DNA of 62,947 nt, filler included, from Neolecta irregularis DAH-3 (Eukaryota), in the NCBI GenBank assembly GCA_001929475.1. It is 8 parts of 8 records of this genome, joined end to end, with 100 filler letters (N's around TTAATTAATTAA, not from the genome) between each part and the next. Parts side by side here need not be neighbours in the genome. Positions count along the whole stretch, not along the records: positions 17,408 to 40,166 come from LXFE01000241.1; positions 40,267 to 46,121 come from LXFE01002790.1; positions 46,222 to 57,008 come from LXFE01002793.1; 5 more parts are not named here. The stretch is one strand, 5' to 3'. Below are positions 38,780 to 50,137 of the stretch, piece after piece (the stretch's first letter is position 1; each line of letters begins with the position of its first letter). The position numbers were made by a program, and so were the translations under genes. The notes under the pieces were generated by a model, which was given only the letters and a program-made list of their open reading frames with translations, had not been told where the DNA came from and searched no databases.

Positions 38780-39929
38780 CTAGGTATGAAGATTGGTAAA
38801 ACTGCAGGAAGCTAATGAATAGAGCTTTGCGAGGACTAGATACGATTTTTAAACCCCGCCAATAACTCCGCTCCCAGGATGGCATTCCGGTGTAACGAAG
38901 GCCTCCAAAGTGGAACTCCTATATTTAGTAGACCATCTATGAACATGTTAAACAAAAGATTTAACCAGGAAAGAAAGGAGAATAATAATAATTCAATAAT
39001 GCAAAAGAGTTTATTCACAGGATAATCCTTTCTTAGCGCATAGCGCTACCCCTTTTTGAAAGGACGCCCTGGATAACAATGTTCTAGTTCACTAATAGTA
39101 TAAACACAACTCTCCCACACAGTTATAATCGGCTCTTCCTCCTATGAAGGCATCCAGTGGACAACCAATTAGTCGGAAAAGCATCCTGGACGAGGATAGG
39201 AAAGTCTCCTGGGTGTGAGCGGGAGAAGCTATACCTTCTCTCCCTTCTTGGTTTCCTTAATGGTTTGTATTGCTGCATTTCGGTAACACTGCCTAGGCGT
39301 ATCCGGTGAATAGTTTCATGAGGGTTCTTGAGAGAAAACTGCGCTAACAAGGTTACCTGTGAAATAACTCTAAAGAAATCGAGTGCATTCCATATGACCC
39401 TCTTCACGCCGTTCTATTATATCATTTTTTCGGCTTGATGCACCACTGAGCTTCAGCTAGGGTCTCGGTAACACGTTCTAGAACAATCCCTTTTCAATTC
39501 CATAGAATCTCTATTTGGAATGTCGTGCGTGTCCTGCATAGCTCTGGTTCTGGCCAAGTGTGGCATGCCCGTTATCCGTAGGGTCTATCCGGAACCAAGT
39601 TCTTCTATCTAGCTAGGATATAGTTTTTTACCATTGAAATTCTTGAGAACTCCGATATTTTCTAACGTCGCTACTTGGATACAATGATGTGAAACAGGAA
39701 GCAACCTTTCTGGTGCTCTCAGACTGTTTTTAAAATTCTTGAATACAATATTAGATATTATATTAAGTAAGTAAGCAAGCAAGTCTGGAAAACAAAATAA
39801 GCAAGTAAGCAAGAAATTTAGACTTGCTTGTTTGGACTTGATAGACTTGACTGTTTAAGACTTTTAATGAGACATTGAATATTTTCTTAATATATCTACC
39901 GAAAATCATCTCCGTTATCCCAAGAGATA

Positions 39930-40012
39930 TTATCAATGGACCATGGGCCGGGCTTTCCAGTCTATGGACTTTTAATGGACTGGATTAAGTCCATGGTCCA
40001 TCCACAACACTG
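39930..40012. mobile_element. Terminus of a hAT-like DNA transposon
   Basis: Ends GTCCATGGTCCATCCACAACACTG, the reverse complement of CAGTGTTGTGGATGGACCATGGAC at 59578; ATGGAC subterminal repeats. Confidence 0.65.
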
Positions 40013-40303
40013 TGGGATGATTAGTCTGCCGGCCGCCTGCCGGAAAAATCTGATCCCTGCGCCCGCCAGAGCCTCTCTGGCGGATGGGGCCTCTCAGGTC
40101 GGATTTTTATGCCTCCCGCCTTCACCAAGAGATCCAACCACCCTCCTGGAGAATGCTCTGGCAGGCNNNNNNNNNNNNNNNNNNNNNNNNNNNNNNNNNN
40201 NNNNNNNNNNTTAATTAATTAANNNNNNNNNNNNNNNNNNNNNNNNNNNNNNNNNNNNNNNNNNNNTCCTTGCGCAGTTTGAAACTTGAAGCTCAACCAC
40301 CAA

Positions 40304-40880
40304 ATGTCCTCTGCAGATTCGGAGCCCTTTTATCTCAGATATTAGTAACCCGGCAGTCCTCCTTTACGGTCGCTGACAGACAGCTCGGGGCATAATGGGA
40401 GATTTGGCCATGAGTTCCTGGGTATAAGCAAGGCTATGCGATTAAAGTAACGTTTGTAGAATTCGACTTCAAAAATAATGGAATCGCTCGATATGCCAAC
40501 AATTCAAACTACAGAAATGACTCTTTGATTCGTAAAGAGATGTGTGTTAGCAGCCTGATGATAAATGAGCTGAAACGTATTATTCGAGAAAGTGAAGTCC
40601 TGAAGTTTGATCTTCTCTGGAGGAGTCTAATTGTACTAGGGAAGACGATAACAAATGGCCAGTAAAAAACAAGGATGGCCGTCAGGAACTCGAAATTCGT
40701 CTTGGAAATGAACATATTTCTTTTGAGACAGCAAAGATCGGATCGCTAGTGGATGTTCAAGAAAGCGAAGATCCAGAGGGTCTTCGTGTATTCTACTATC
40801 TCGTCCAAGATCTAAAAGCGTTAGTCTTCTCACTTATTGGTTTGCACTTCAAGATTAAACCAATTCATAAAGCTATGTAA
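40304..40880 (+). CDS. mnh1: Mago nashi, exon junction complex core
   Basis: [20 protein letters not shown]...[11 protein letters not shown]...KIGSLVDV...[14 protein letters not shown] over 3 introns. Confidence 0.95.
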
Positions 40881-41035
40881 ATATACCTGTAGTCCAATAT
40901 TGGAGACCTTTGTTGTCCTCACACCTGACTCAAAGTTCCTTCCGCCCTTCCAATCCCAATCTATACTTGTGGATCCCCAACGCGCAGGCCACGCGGTGTG
41001 ATACCCTCGACCTCAAAATTCAAAGAAGGATATAA

Positions 41036-42581
41036 ATGGGGCGCGCTAGAGTGAAAAAATTGCAACCGCGGAAGGTATTCATGCCCTTTGATACAGGTTC
41101 GATTCAACAGACAGGATCAGTATGAAGTCGAGACGATTTTAGACGACAGGCCAGATCCTAACAAACCTGTATCTAAATCTCGAGGCGCATATCTAACTGC
41201 TGATTCTACATTTAGGGATCTCTACAATATCTGGTTAAATGGAAAGGATTTGATAACCCTGCGGAAGACACGTGGGAACCAGCAACAAACTTGTTCAATT
41301 GCAAAGAGGTTCTCGAGAAATGGAACATGAAGAAAAAAAGGAGCCTGAATAAAGCTACATCATCAAAAGCAAAGCGAAGATCCCTCAGTAAAGTGACAAA
41401 CAGCCAAGTAAGTTTACATGGGTTTCTCTTGTTTATATTTTGAAAGCAAGAATCTCCGATGCCAGAAAAAATTGCGAAATCTCCGACGTCTATTGAATCT
41501 ACTGTTTCATTCGTATCTGTATGTGATGTGATACATCATTTTTTACTTACAATGTTGGCGGAGGAAGACCTAATGGGAAATTCTAATGAATCATTTATTG
41601 TGAGACATTTTGTTTTAATTACACTTACAACTCCAGAAATCCGAGAGTGTTTGCGAGGATGAAACCAGCGAGAAGAAAGCGGTTTCTCGAAAGCAGTTTT
41701 TGGGTCGGTTATACGAAATACCTGGAGCGGCTATCAGTTTTTGCAATGACGTTGATGATGAGCCATGTCCTCCTGGGGAGTTTGAGTTCATCAATGGGTA
41801 CAGATATAGTCCGAATGTCAAAGTCCCGTCGCCTGAGAGCATGTTTGGTTGTGAGGGTTGTCATATATCGGGCTGCCATTTGAAGAAACCGCAATCATGT
41901 TCCTGTCTTGACGATCTTGATGATAAACACCGAAAATTTGCCTACAACAAGGACAGGAAGGTCATCATCCCTCCGCGACATCTGATCATCGAATGTAACA
42001 GATACTGTAGCTGCGGTCCTGACTGTGCAACACGAGTGGTTCAACGGGGCCGTCTCATACCCTTGGAGATATTTAAAACACCAAAGAAAGGTTGGGGTAT
42101 GTCTCCTTGTGGCATCATAAATTGAGGTCAAGCTGTAAGAACTCAAAGGATTATCCAGAGAGGTATGTTTATTGATGTATATCGTGGAGAAGTCATCGAT
42201 CACGAAGAAGCCGAAAGGAGGGGTTCTATTGACCATCAAGGATCAGTTTACTTGTTTGATCTAGATTTCTTCTCCAAGGGCGAAGAAACTCAAGAGTTTG
42301 GCAGCGCCTACACCATAGACGCTCGCCATTGCGGGAACGTTACTCGCTTCTTCAATCATTCATGCGATCCCAACATTGCAATTTGGCCTGTCGTAGGTCA
42401 TGAACTCGCTCGCACGGAAAGGCTCTACGAACTCGCATTTTTCGCTATTCACGATATCAAAATTGGGGAGGAACTTTGCTTTAATTATCATGGAGAGGGC
42501 AATCAGAAGAAAGAAGGCCAACGCGGTGTTATATGTCACTGCGGATCAGAGAAATGTACAGGCGAATTTTTCATATTATAA
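41036..42581 (+). CDS. clr4: Histone H3K9 methyltransferase (chromo + pre-SET + SET + post-SET)
   Basis: Chromodomain YEVETI...YLVKWKGF...TWEP; Cys-rich pre-[38 protein letters not shown]. Confidence 0.93.
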
Positions 42582-43057
42582 CAATCAATCTGCTGCCCTT
42601 ACTTCACCGGCATTATATGAGATATGCCTATCAATGCTCCTTTTGGAAATTTCCCTCGATAAGTTGGCCCAATCATAAAGTTTTCAGGCGACTTCAGTTG
42701 AAAATATATAAGGGTGCGTTTGATGCGCGCTAAATTTCTTAAAATGTGGCTTTTAAAAAATTGGAATTTTATCCGCGCGTTTGGTGCGCTCCACATTTTA
42801 CAACACTCTCCCCCTCTGCCTCATATTCCTCAAACTATCTCAACACCACAAAGCCAAAGTTATCCAAATATCCCTCAAACCTCCCCGACTTGCAGCCTGT
42901 GTGTCACACGCCCACCTGCCCGCTGGAGCCTCCCCTGCGGGCGGGCAGTTCAGATTTCTCCGCGGGCGGGTGGACACACTACCCACACGGAATATGTGAA
43001 CTGGTGGCGCCTGTCCAATTTGGGCACACGGAGCACAAATGGAGGTCACAGAGCCAG

Positions 43058-43212
43058 CCAGAAGCGGAAGGAGGAGTGCAACTCCAAAAGCGGAAGGAGG
43101 AGTGCAACTCCAGAAGTGGAAGGAGGAGTGCAACTCCAGAAGCGGAAGGAGTGCAACTCCAGAAGCGGAAGGAGGAGTGCAACTCCAGAAGCGGAAGGAG
43201 GAGTGCAACTCA
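43058..43212. repeat. 26-bp tandem repeat x6 with palindromic core GGAGTGCAACTCC
   Basis: Directly visible inside the Harbinger element. Confidence 0.95.
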
Positions 43213-43306
43213 AGGCGTGCTCCGATGGGTTTATTTAGACGGGCCTGGTCCCAAGTCCGGAAACGGGGCGACGCATTCAATCCAGCTATGGCAGCACCTC
43301 AAAAGG

Positions 43307-43315
43307 TTATAAAAA
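43307..43315 (+). promoter_or_regulatory. Putative TATA box
   Basis: TATAAAAA ~50 nt upstream of ATG 43357, followed by an AT-rich leader and AAACATG context. Confidence 0.5.
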
Positions 43316-43356
43316 GGACTTAAATTGTCCTTTCATTTCACTTCAAATAATCAAAC

Positions 43357-43542
43357 ATGAACACCAAAATCACTATCTTATCCATAGTACTAGCTCTGTC
43401 CTGCCCATTTGTGGTAATGGGAGACAATAAATGCTCATCGGAAGAGCAGAAGATCCACCCTACCCCGCCGTGTTGCTATGAAAACCCCCCGCAAGGAGGC
43501 ATCGCCCACTATCGCTCCCCTAACATTCCTATGTGTTATTGA
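43357..43542 (+). CDS. Small secreted cysteine-rich peptide (61 aa), transposon cargo
   Basis: Signal-like N-terminus MNTKITILSIVLALSCPFVVMG; mature part C-x12-CC-x19-C; intact ORF. Confidence 0.65.
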   Translation: MNTKITILSIVLALSCPFVVMGDNKCSSEEQKIHPTPPCCYENPPQGGIAHYRSPNIPMCY

Positions 43543-44566
43543 GCTTGGTTCTTCTGTTCAGATCAAGCAGTGGCAGTATCAGATTTGTTGTTGTGGTTAG
43601 TTCTTTGTTGTCTCTTTGTCGTTTTATAAAATGTGGAGCGCACCAAACGCGAGCCTAAAATTCCAATTTTTTAAAAGCCACATTTTATGAAATTTAGCAC
43701 GCACCAAACGCAGCCTAAGCTTTCTCATTTTCATCATCCGCCTCGAATGTTTTATTATCCCGCTTTTCTTTGAATGATGCTAGAATGCTTGTATTAGTTC
43801 TCAGTAGCGAAATACATATAAAAAAAAACAGTAGAGTCTGGATGAACACCCCGTAAATAATTTCTCGGGTTCAAGTTCTTGGAAGATATTGTATACTGCG
43901 CCTTGTAGCGTTAAAGTGATGGAAAATGGTGGTTATAAAAGTGAAGTTGTTTATCTACGGAAAGCCTTTGAGACGTTCAATCCCAACATTTTGCAGGGAA
44001 CATTGACATATCGCATGCTTTATCGCACTTGTTGTATTGCCAGACGATCGGGTTCGTTGCTGGACAAAGTCTATCTATTAGGCTTCCAAGTCTAGAGGAA
44101 TGACGTTTTTGCGACCATCACCAAGATCATTCCCTGCGCCTGTGAAATCCCGCCAATAGTATGGCTCTGAATTGTAATTTGAACAACTCACTCACCTGCT
44201 GGAGGTTGTGAATTTCCATCTGTCTTGGAAATGTTTGTTGGTATGGGTCGCGACAGTCTCCCGATAAGTAAATCCGTCATTATTCTCATGACCAAAGAGA
44301 TTCCAACCAACTATAAGAGCCTGCTACACGATGCACATTCCGGCAGGGACGGAAGCCCAATCACATCAAAGTTTGATGCCAATGTCTAGATAATAAATAG
44401 AATTTGACTAGTGTGTTCAAGTTCACTCATCGCTCTACAACGACATACATTTGATCGTACGCTTCAATAATTAACAGACTGCGCTGATGTATTTAGCAGA
44501 GTGAATATCTCCATGTAACAAAATTTTGTCTGATGTTGGTAAAACCTATCCAAAACTTGGTCTCTA

Positions 44567-45064
44567 ATGTCGCCGCCAATACTGTTCAATTCGCTACAAA
44601 GGGCAGTATTTCGTTCCGTTCTTAAACCTAAAAGTCCCCTTTCCGGCCACTTTCGAAGGATACAGATTCAAGCTTCTAAACCTGCACCACAAGGCTTTCG
44701 CGCGCGGTTAAAACACTTGAGCGACAATTATGGTTGGTCGGCCGTAGGTGTGTATGTCGCTTTATCAGTTGTCGATCTCTCCGCCTTGTTCATCGCTGTG
44801 AGAATGATGGGCGCGGATACTATTGGTCATTACGAAAGTCTAGTTTTGGGAAAACTTGAAGATACCTTTGGATATCCCACCTCCAAGTCAAATCACGGGA
44901 CCAATAATTCAACAAAGTCAGCGAGCGTATGGACAGAACTTGCGCTAGCCTATGGAATTCATAAACTGCTCATTGTTTTCAGAGTCCCGTTAGCCGCAGC
45001 GGTTACACCCCCTTTGGTGAAATTCTTGCGCAGGAAAGGGTACAACATTGGAAGAAAAATGTAA
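44567..45064 (+). CDS. FAM210/DUF1279 (Nat2-like) mitochondrial protein
   Basis: YGWSAVGVYVALSVVD...TELALAYGIHKLLIVFRVPLAAAVTP; presequence-like N-terminus. Confidence 0.88.
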   Translation: MSPPILFNSLQRAVFRSVLKPKSPLSGHFRRIQIQASKPAPQGFRARLKHLSDNYGWSAVGVYVALSVVDLSALFIAVRMMGADTIGHYESLVLGKLEDTFGYPTSKSNHGTNNSTKSASVWTELALAYGIHKLLIVFRVPLAAAVTPPLVKFLRRKGYNIGRKM

Positions 45065-45146
45065 AGACCCTTGTAATTATTGTAAATATGCTTTCTAAAC
45101 TCCATATCACATCTTCCTATTCTATTATCTATTGTTGGCTCAAATA

Positions 45147-46121
45147 TCATGGTAGTCGCGGAGAAAGTGGTCCATCACTCTCTGAACTGCGGTAGCTGTT
45201 TCGGTGCGCCATTTCGGTCGTAGTAGGTGACTGGGACCTTGAACGGCGTTGCAAGGCATCAGCCCAAGGTGATTCCTCAAAGGAATCGAGAATTCGATCT
45301 GCAGAGTCACGATCGTTCTCACTAAACCTGTGGTCGTTAAAATTGCCAAAAATGAAATTGTACTGAATTGCAGTCAATCCATCGGGTGAAATCGGTGAAA
45401 GTCTCTCGCCTAAAATGCTGGATCGGCGAGAGGTAGATCTACCTAGTCTATTCCATCGCGAGGGTGAGGGGTGAACAGAAAGTTCACCGCTGACACGAGG
45501 CGAAGGCACCAAATTTTCGATTACTTCTGAACTCGATATACCTGATAAATCTAATCGAGGGCGAGTAGGCGGCCCAGACGAAGGATCATGGAGAACGATT
45601 TGAGGCACTAGTATTTAGATGTTGCAGAACGACAGCAATATACCTTCTGCACTTTGGGTCTTGACACGACTTGAGTGGTTTGCTTGATATAAACGACTAG
45701 AGTACATCATTTGAAAAAATCCACTGATAATATCCGTACTAACAAGCTCTTCGACTCGTTGCAATCGAGCACGTCGCTTGAGAAATTCGTCAAGACTAGG
45801 GGTAAGCGTCGAAAGTGTAAAGGTATACGCCAAGCTTTTGTTATCATCAACAATCTTCCAATGGGAAAGCAAGATGAGCATCTTGTTGAATGATATCCCG
45901 CGAGGGTCTTCCGAGGCCAACATTTGTGCTTCCCAATATATCATGTTGAAAGTGTGTCGGCGCTGGTCGTATGTTTTATAATTTATACATGATATTCGGT
46001 CAGACAAAAGTTGAATGTCGATATCGCCAATGTCGTACAATTTCGACTGGTCTACAGACGTCGAGAACCGTAAAGTCTTGCACTCTTGAACAAGTTTAGG
46101 GACAGAGTACTGCTCATCGTA
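45147..46121 (-). CDS. CCH1: Voltage-gated calcium channel, C-terminal fragment (truncated by gap)
   Basis: GISFNKMLILLSHWKIVDDNKSLxLDEFLKRRARLQRVEE matches the fungal Cch1 C-terminus. Confidence 0.8.
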
Positions 46122-46686
46122 NNNNNNNNNNNNNNNNNNNNNNNNNNNNNNNNNNNNNNNNNNNNTTAATTAATTAANNNNNNNNNNNNNNNNNNNNNNN
46201 NNNNNNNNNNNNNNNNNNNNNGCCCTTGCTGCTCCTTGTGCTTGTTCCGATACTTTGGCGGTGGCGGTGGCAAGCTGGTGGGGTTGCAACATTGGGGTAA
46301 AGTCGTGTCCCACAAGTTCAAACTTATTCCGCAATGCTACAGCAAATAAAGGTGCAACTGAGGATAGAAGGGCTGTTTCTACTTCTGATGCATACTTATA
46401 TATTTGAAAGTCACACCTGGATATATGCCATGATGGTATAAATGAGGTTGGCGGAGGACGGTCACATATTTGGTGGTGAAGTTGGACGATTCCACAGCTG
46501 GTACGATTCCACAGGTGGGACAGGACATCCTACTTGCAACCTCTAGGGCACACGTGACCCTTTTTAAATTATTCAAGTATTACTAGTTAACTTCGCCTAT
46601 AAAGATTGTTGTCGCCGCTCTTGATGAGACTACTGAAACGACTTTGCACTACAATGAGGATGCTTACCCTTGAGATTGACAATGCC

Positions 46687-48302
46687 ATGATTTCAGTCCC
46701 AACTGCCCCATTCATCGCTAACGAGTACGTTTCGTCAGGCGCATATTTTGATATTATTAATCCTGCTACCAACAAGACAATCGTTGCTGTAGAAGAAGGA
46801 AATAAAGAGCTAGTCGCAAAGGCTATAGACGCCGCTAAGAAAGCTTTTGATGGCGAATGGGGCCAACTGGAGGGATCTGAACGGGGGGATCGCATTCGAA
46901 AGATAGCGGATGTCATTGAGCAAAATCGAAACGCCTTCATGATGTTAGAGACGATCAATATGGGCAAAGTGAATCTGTCCTGTTAACCAATAAACTGACA
47001 CTGTTAGCCTCTTGATAATGCCAATTTCGATATAGATGAAGTTATCGGAGTATTCAAATACTATGCAGGACTAGCTGATAAAATATGTGGATACACGACC
47101 AATCTTGGGATGACGAAATTTGGTGTATTATTCCGGTTGATTAACTAAACCTGACAAGAAGTACACAACCAGAGCTCCAATTGGTGTTGTTGGGCATATC
47201 ATCCCATGGAATTTCCCTCTTCCAATGCTGGCTTGGAAACTTGGTCCTGCTCTTGCAGCAGGATGCTGTTCTGTCGTGAAACCCAGCGAGTTCACTCCTC
47301 TTTCAGCTCTGTATCTCACAACTTTCCTCTCTGAAATTCTTCCTGCTGGCGTCGTCAATGTTATCCCGGGAAATGGTCATGTGGTGGGGAAGGAGATCTG
47401 TAATCATTCTGGTATATCTAAGATTGCTTTTACCGGCAGTTGTGCAACCGGAGTAATGGTCATGAGAGAAGCTGCCGGAAAAAAAGTTACTCTTGAATGC
47501 GGCGGGAAAAATCCTTGCTTAATTTTTGAAGACGCAGACATAGAGAAAGCTGTATGTGCTTACCTGTCGGAGAGAATATTGGCTGATTTTCTAGACAGAC
47601 GGTGCGATCATGGGCGGATATTTTAATTCGGGACAAGTTTGCTGTGCAACCAGCCGTTTTTACATTCAGGATGCTATTTTTGATAAATATATCGAAGTCC
47701 TGAAGAAGAAAATGAACAATATTGTTGTCGGGGATCCGATGGATCCCAAAACGTTTGTCTCCCTTCTGATTATTACGCTAAAGTCCAGTACAATGGGTCC
47801 GATGGCTAATCAACTCCAATATGAAAAGGCCAAAAGATTTCTCAAAATGGCCAAAGATGAAGGAATTGAAATTATAGAATGGGAAGGGCAACTTCCGCCG
47901 GAGGGACTATACATCAAACCAGTTATCTTTCCGTCTCTGCCACACGATCACACTGTAAAGGGCCTGATGAAAATAATTGTTACTGATAATTAGCTTGCGA
48001 GGATGGAATTGTTCAGTCCATTTATCTCGTTACACAAATTTTCCACAGAACAAGAAGCGATTGATCTCGCAAATGATTCGGAGTTGGGTCTTGCTGCTGC
48101 AGTGTTTACGAAGGACCTTTCCCGAGCTTCCCGAGCTACGCGAAAGATCAATGCTGGCATTGTATGGGTTAATTCCAACGGCGATAGTGATTTTCACTTG
48201 CCTTTCGGAGGTTGGGGTCGGAGCGGCGTTGGCAATGAATTGGGCTTGGGGTCAGTTAATGACTATACTAAAGAAAAGAGTGTATATATTAATTTAGAAT
48301 GA
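46687..48302 (+). CDS. Aldehyde dehydrogenase, 5 introns
   Basis: IIPWNFP, KPSEFTP, FTGS, LECGGKNP, FNSGQVCCA, PFGGWGRSGVGNELG. Confidence 0.95.
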
Positions 48303-48592
48303 GTAATGAAGGCGGTAAAATGGAAACCAAGAATTCGCGTCAACTTATTCGAGAAATCTCTGTAAGCGATATTTCGGCAAATTAGATAGGTGGTGTTTTA
48401 CCTTTAGCTTCAGAGTAGAAAAAAAGAGACGAGAGCTTGAGATCGTCGGGAGTATATCAGGCGGGAGAAGTCAAATTAACCATGTCATCGAGATAAATAT
48501 TGCAATAAACGCCCATGGAATACATGATGCCTCTTGACTGAATTCATGACATATGACAGGAGCCTTTTGACAACCAAAGTTTCTTCATGTGA

Positions 48593-50137
48593 TTAAATAG
48601 TAAATAAATACTGTCCTACCATCCACTCCTCCCCATCCTTCCATGCAAAGAGCTCTGCACGTGCAAGGTAGAACACAATCCATCGATTATACCACTTCTC
48701 CGCTTCACCTTCTCCATATGTATCTCTGAGATGAGGGATGGCTTGGTTCTTATGCTTATAAAGAAGTTTCAACCAGTCCTTTGAACATCATTATCCAGAG
48801 CTTGTCAAGTCTGTTACCTCACATGTCTGAGCATAATGCTTCCCATTGATCAACCAGTGATTCTCAATCACCATATCCTCTTGAAAATAAAGAAACAAGT
48901 CTGCTGAAGGCATAGTTCCTGTATCTAAGTTAAAACTCTGGAAATACATACCTCCAGTAAAAAAGTACTTTTGTATCCAACCATCCTCGTGATAATCGTA
49001 TGGCGTAGTTTTATGACAAAAGATATGAACAAATAATTTTCCGTGTGGCTTAAGCCATGAAGAAATCCTTGCTAAAAGCAGCTTGTGATTTTTCATACGT
49101 TCAAACATTTCGACCGATAGGACACGATCAAAACTAGTTAGATCAGAAAACTTTATCCATTCCCATGAGCACTACCTTTTTTGCGGGAAATCATACTCTA
49201 TTACGTCTGCAGTGATAACCGTGAGATTTTTCAATTCTTTCTTCGAAGCTTGTTCATCGATATGAATCTTTTGTGTAGAGGAATTTGACAATGCATAGGT
49301 CTGAGAACCTGGAAATTTCTACAGGAAATCAGTAAAGGGTTTTCGTGATTGTGCTTGCTACCTCGGCAAGAAACAAACACATAGATCCCCATCCACAACC
49401 AAGATCTAATAGTGTCATTCCATCGGTGATACCGGCTTTCTCGACATAACTCTCGAGAATTGCATCTTCAGCTTGTTGCAGTGTTTCGTTCCCAGTAGGA
49501 TACAAACACGAAGAATACTTCATTCTTGGCCTAATGATTCAATCATGGATTTCGAGATTGATAGCGTACCCTAGACATAGTTTCATAAACTCTGTGCGAA
49601 CTTCATAATGCTGCTCGTTTGCCTTTTCCTGATCAATGGAACTGTCACTGTGGCGTAGATTTTCGATAAATCTCATCTTCTTCTCCTGCAATTTACACAT
49701 AGGAATATTTCGAATGCTGTTTAATCGATCTTGAACTTCTTTGCGAATACCTTGTCGAAGGATGATTTCTGGAATCCATCCATTATCAAGGAAATGTTCG
49801 TACCAGTTTGTATTTGTTATCTTCACCGGGGCTAATTGTTTTGTTTGCTCTTCTTCTGGAGGTGAGGAGTTTTCAAGGCTCAATTTTAGCAATCTTGATG
49901 CCAGTGCAAGTGTTACGATCGTGAAGTAATGAACGCCCTGATTAATTTTAATGTGTTAAATTCGAAGGAATTGTACAAACGAAACTGCGAACACAGTTTC
50001 TTGATTGGAATACACGATTCCACGTCTTTGTCTTTTGATTGCTCTGGATGTGTCCTGATGCTTTCTCGATGATCTGTCCAAGCGGAGATCGTTGACTGAC
50101 ATTCTGAAATACGTCTTAACCTCGTTGTGGCCATCAT
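48593..50137 (-). CDS. SAM-dependent methyltransferase (CFA synthase / coclaurine N-methyltransferase-like)
   Basis: [47 protein letters not shown]. Confidence 0.9.

Larger units (their letters stand above)
42712..43715. mobile_element. Non-autonomous PIF/Harbinger-type element (1004 bp)
   Basis: ~90-bp imperfect TIRs (GGGTGCGTTTG...CTCCACATTTTA / TAAAATGTGGAG...CAAACGCAGCC) flanked by TAA at 42709-42711 and 43716-43718; no transposase. Confidence 0.85.

Noticed and set aside
39080-39485. Possible solo LTR bounded by TGTTCTAG...CTAGAACA
   Set aside because: No target-site duplication and no second copy in the window; insufficient support.
43058-43212. Possible CRISPR array (also 370-500 and 1028-1318)
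   Set aside because: Head-to-tail repeats without unique spacers, eukaryotic context, no cas genes.
42714-43323. Several 94-188 aa ORFs inside the Harbinger element
   Set aside because: Generated by the stop-free tandem repeat; no transposase or Myb motifs.
46687-50137. ALDH plus methyltransferase as a secondary-metabolite cluster
   Set aside because: No backbone synthase, transporter or regulator nearby; both families are common housekeeping genes.
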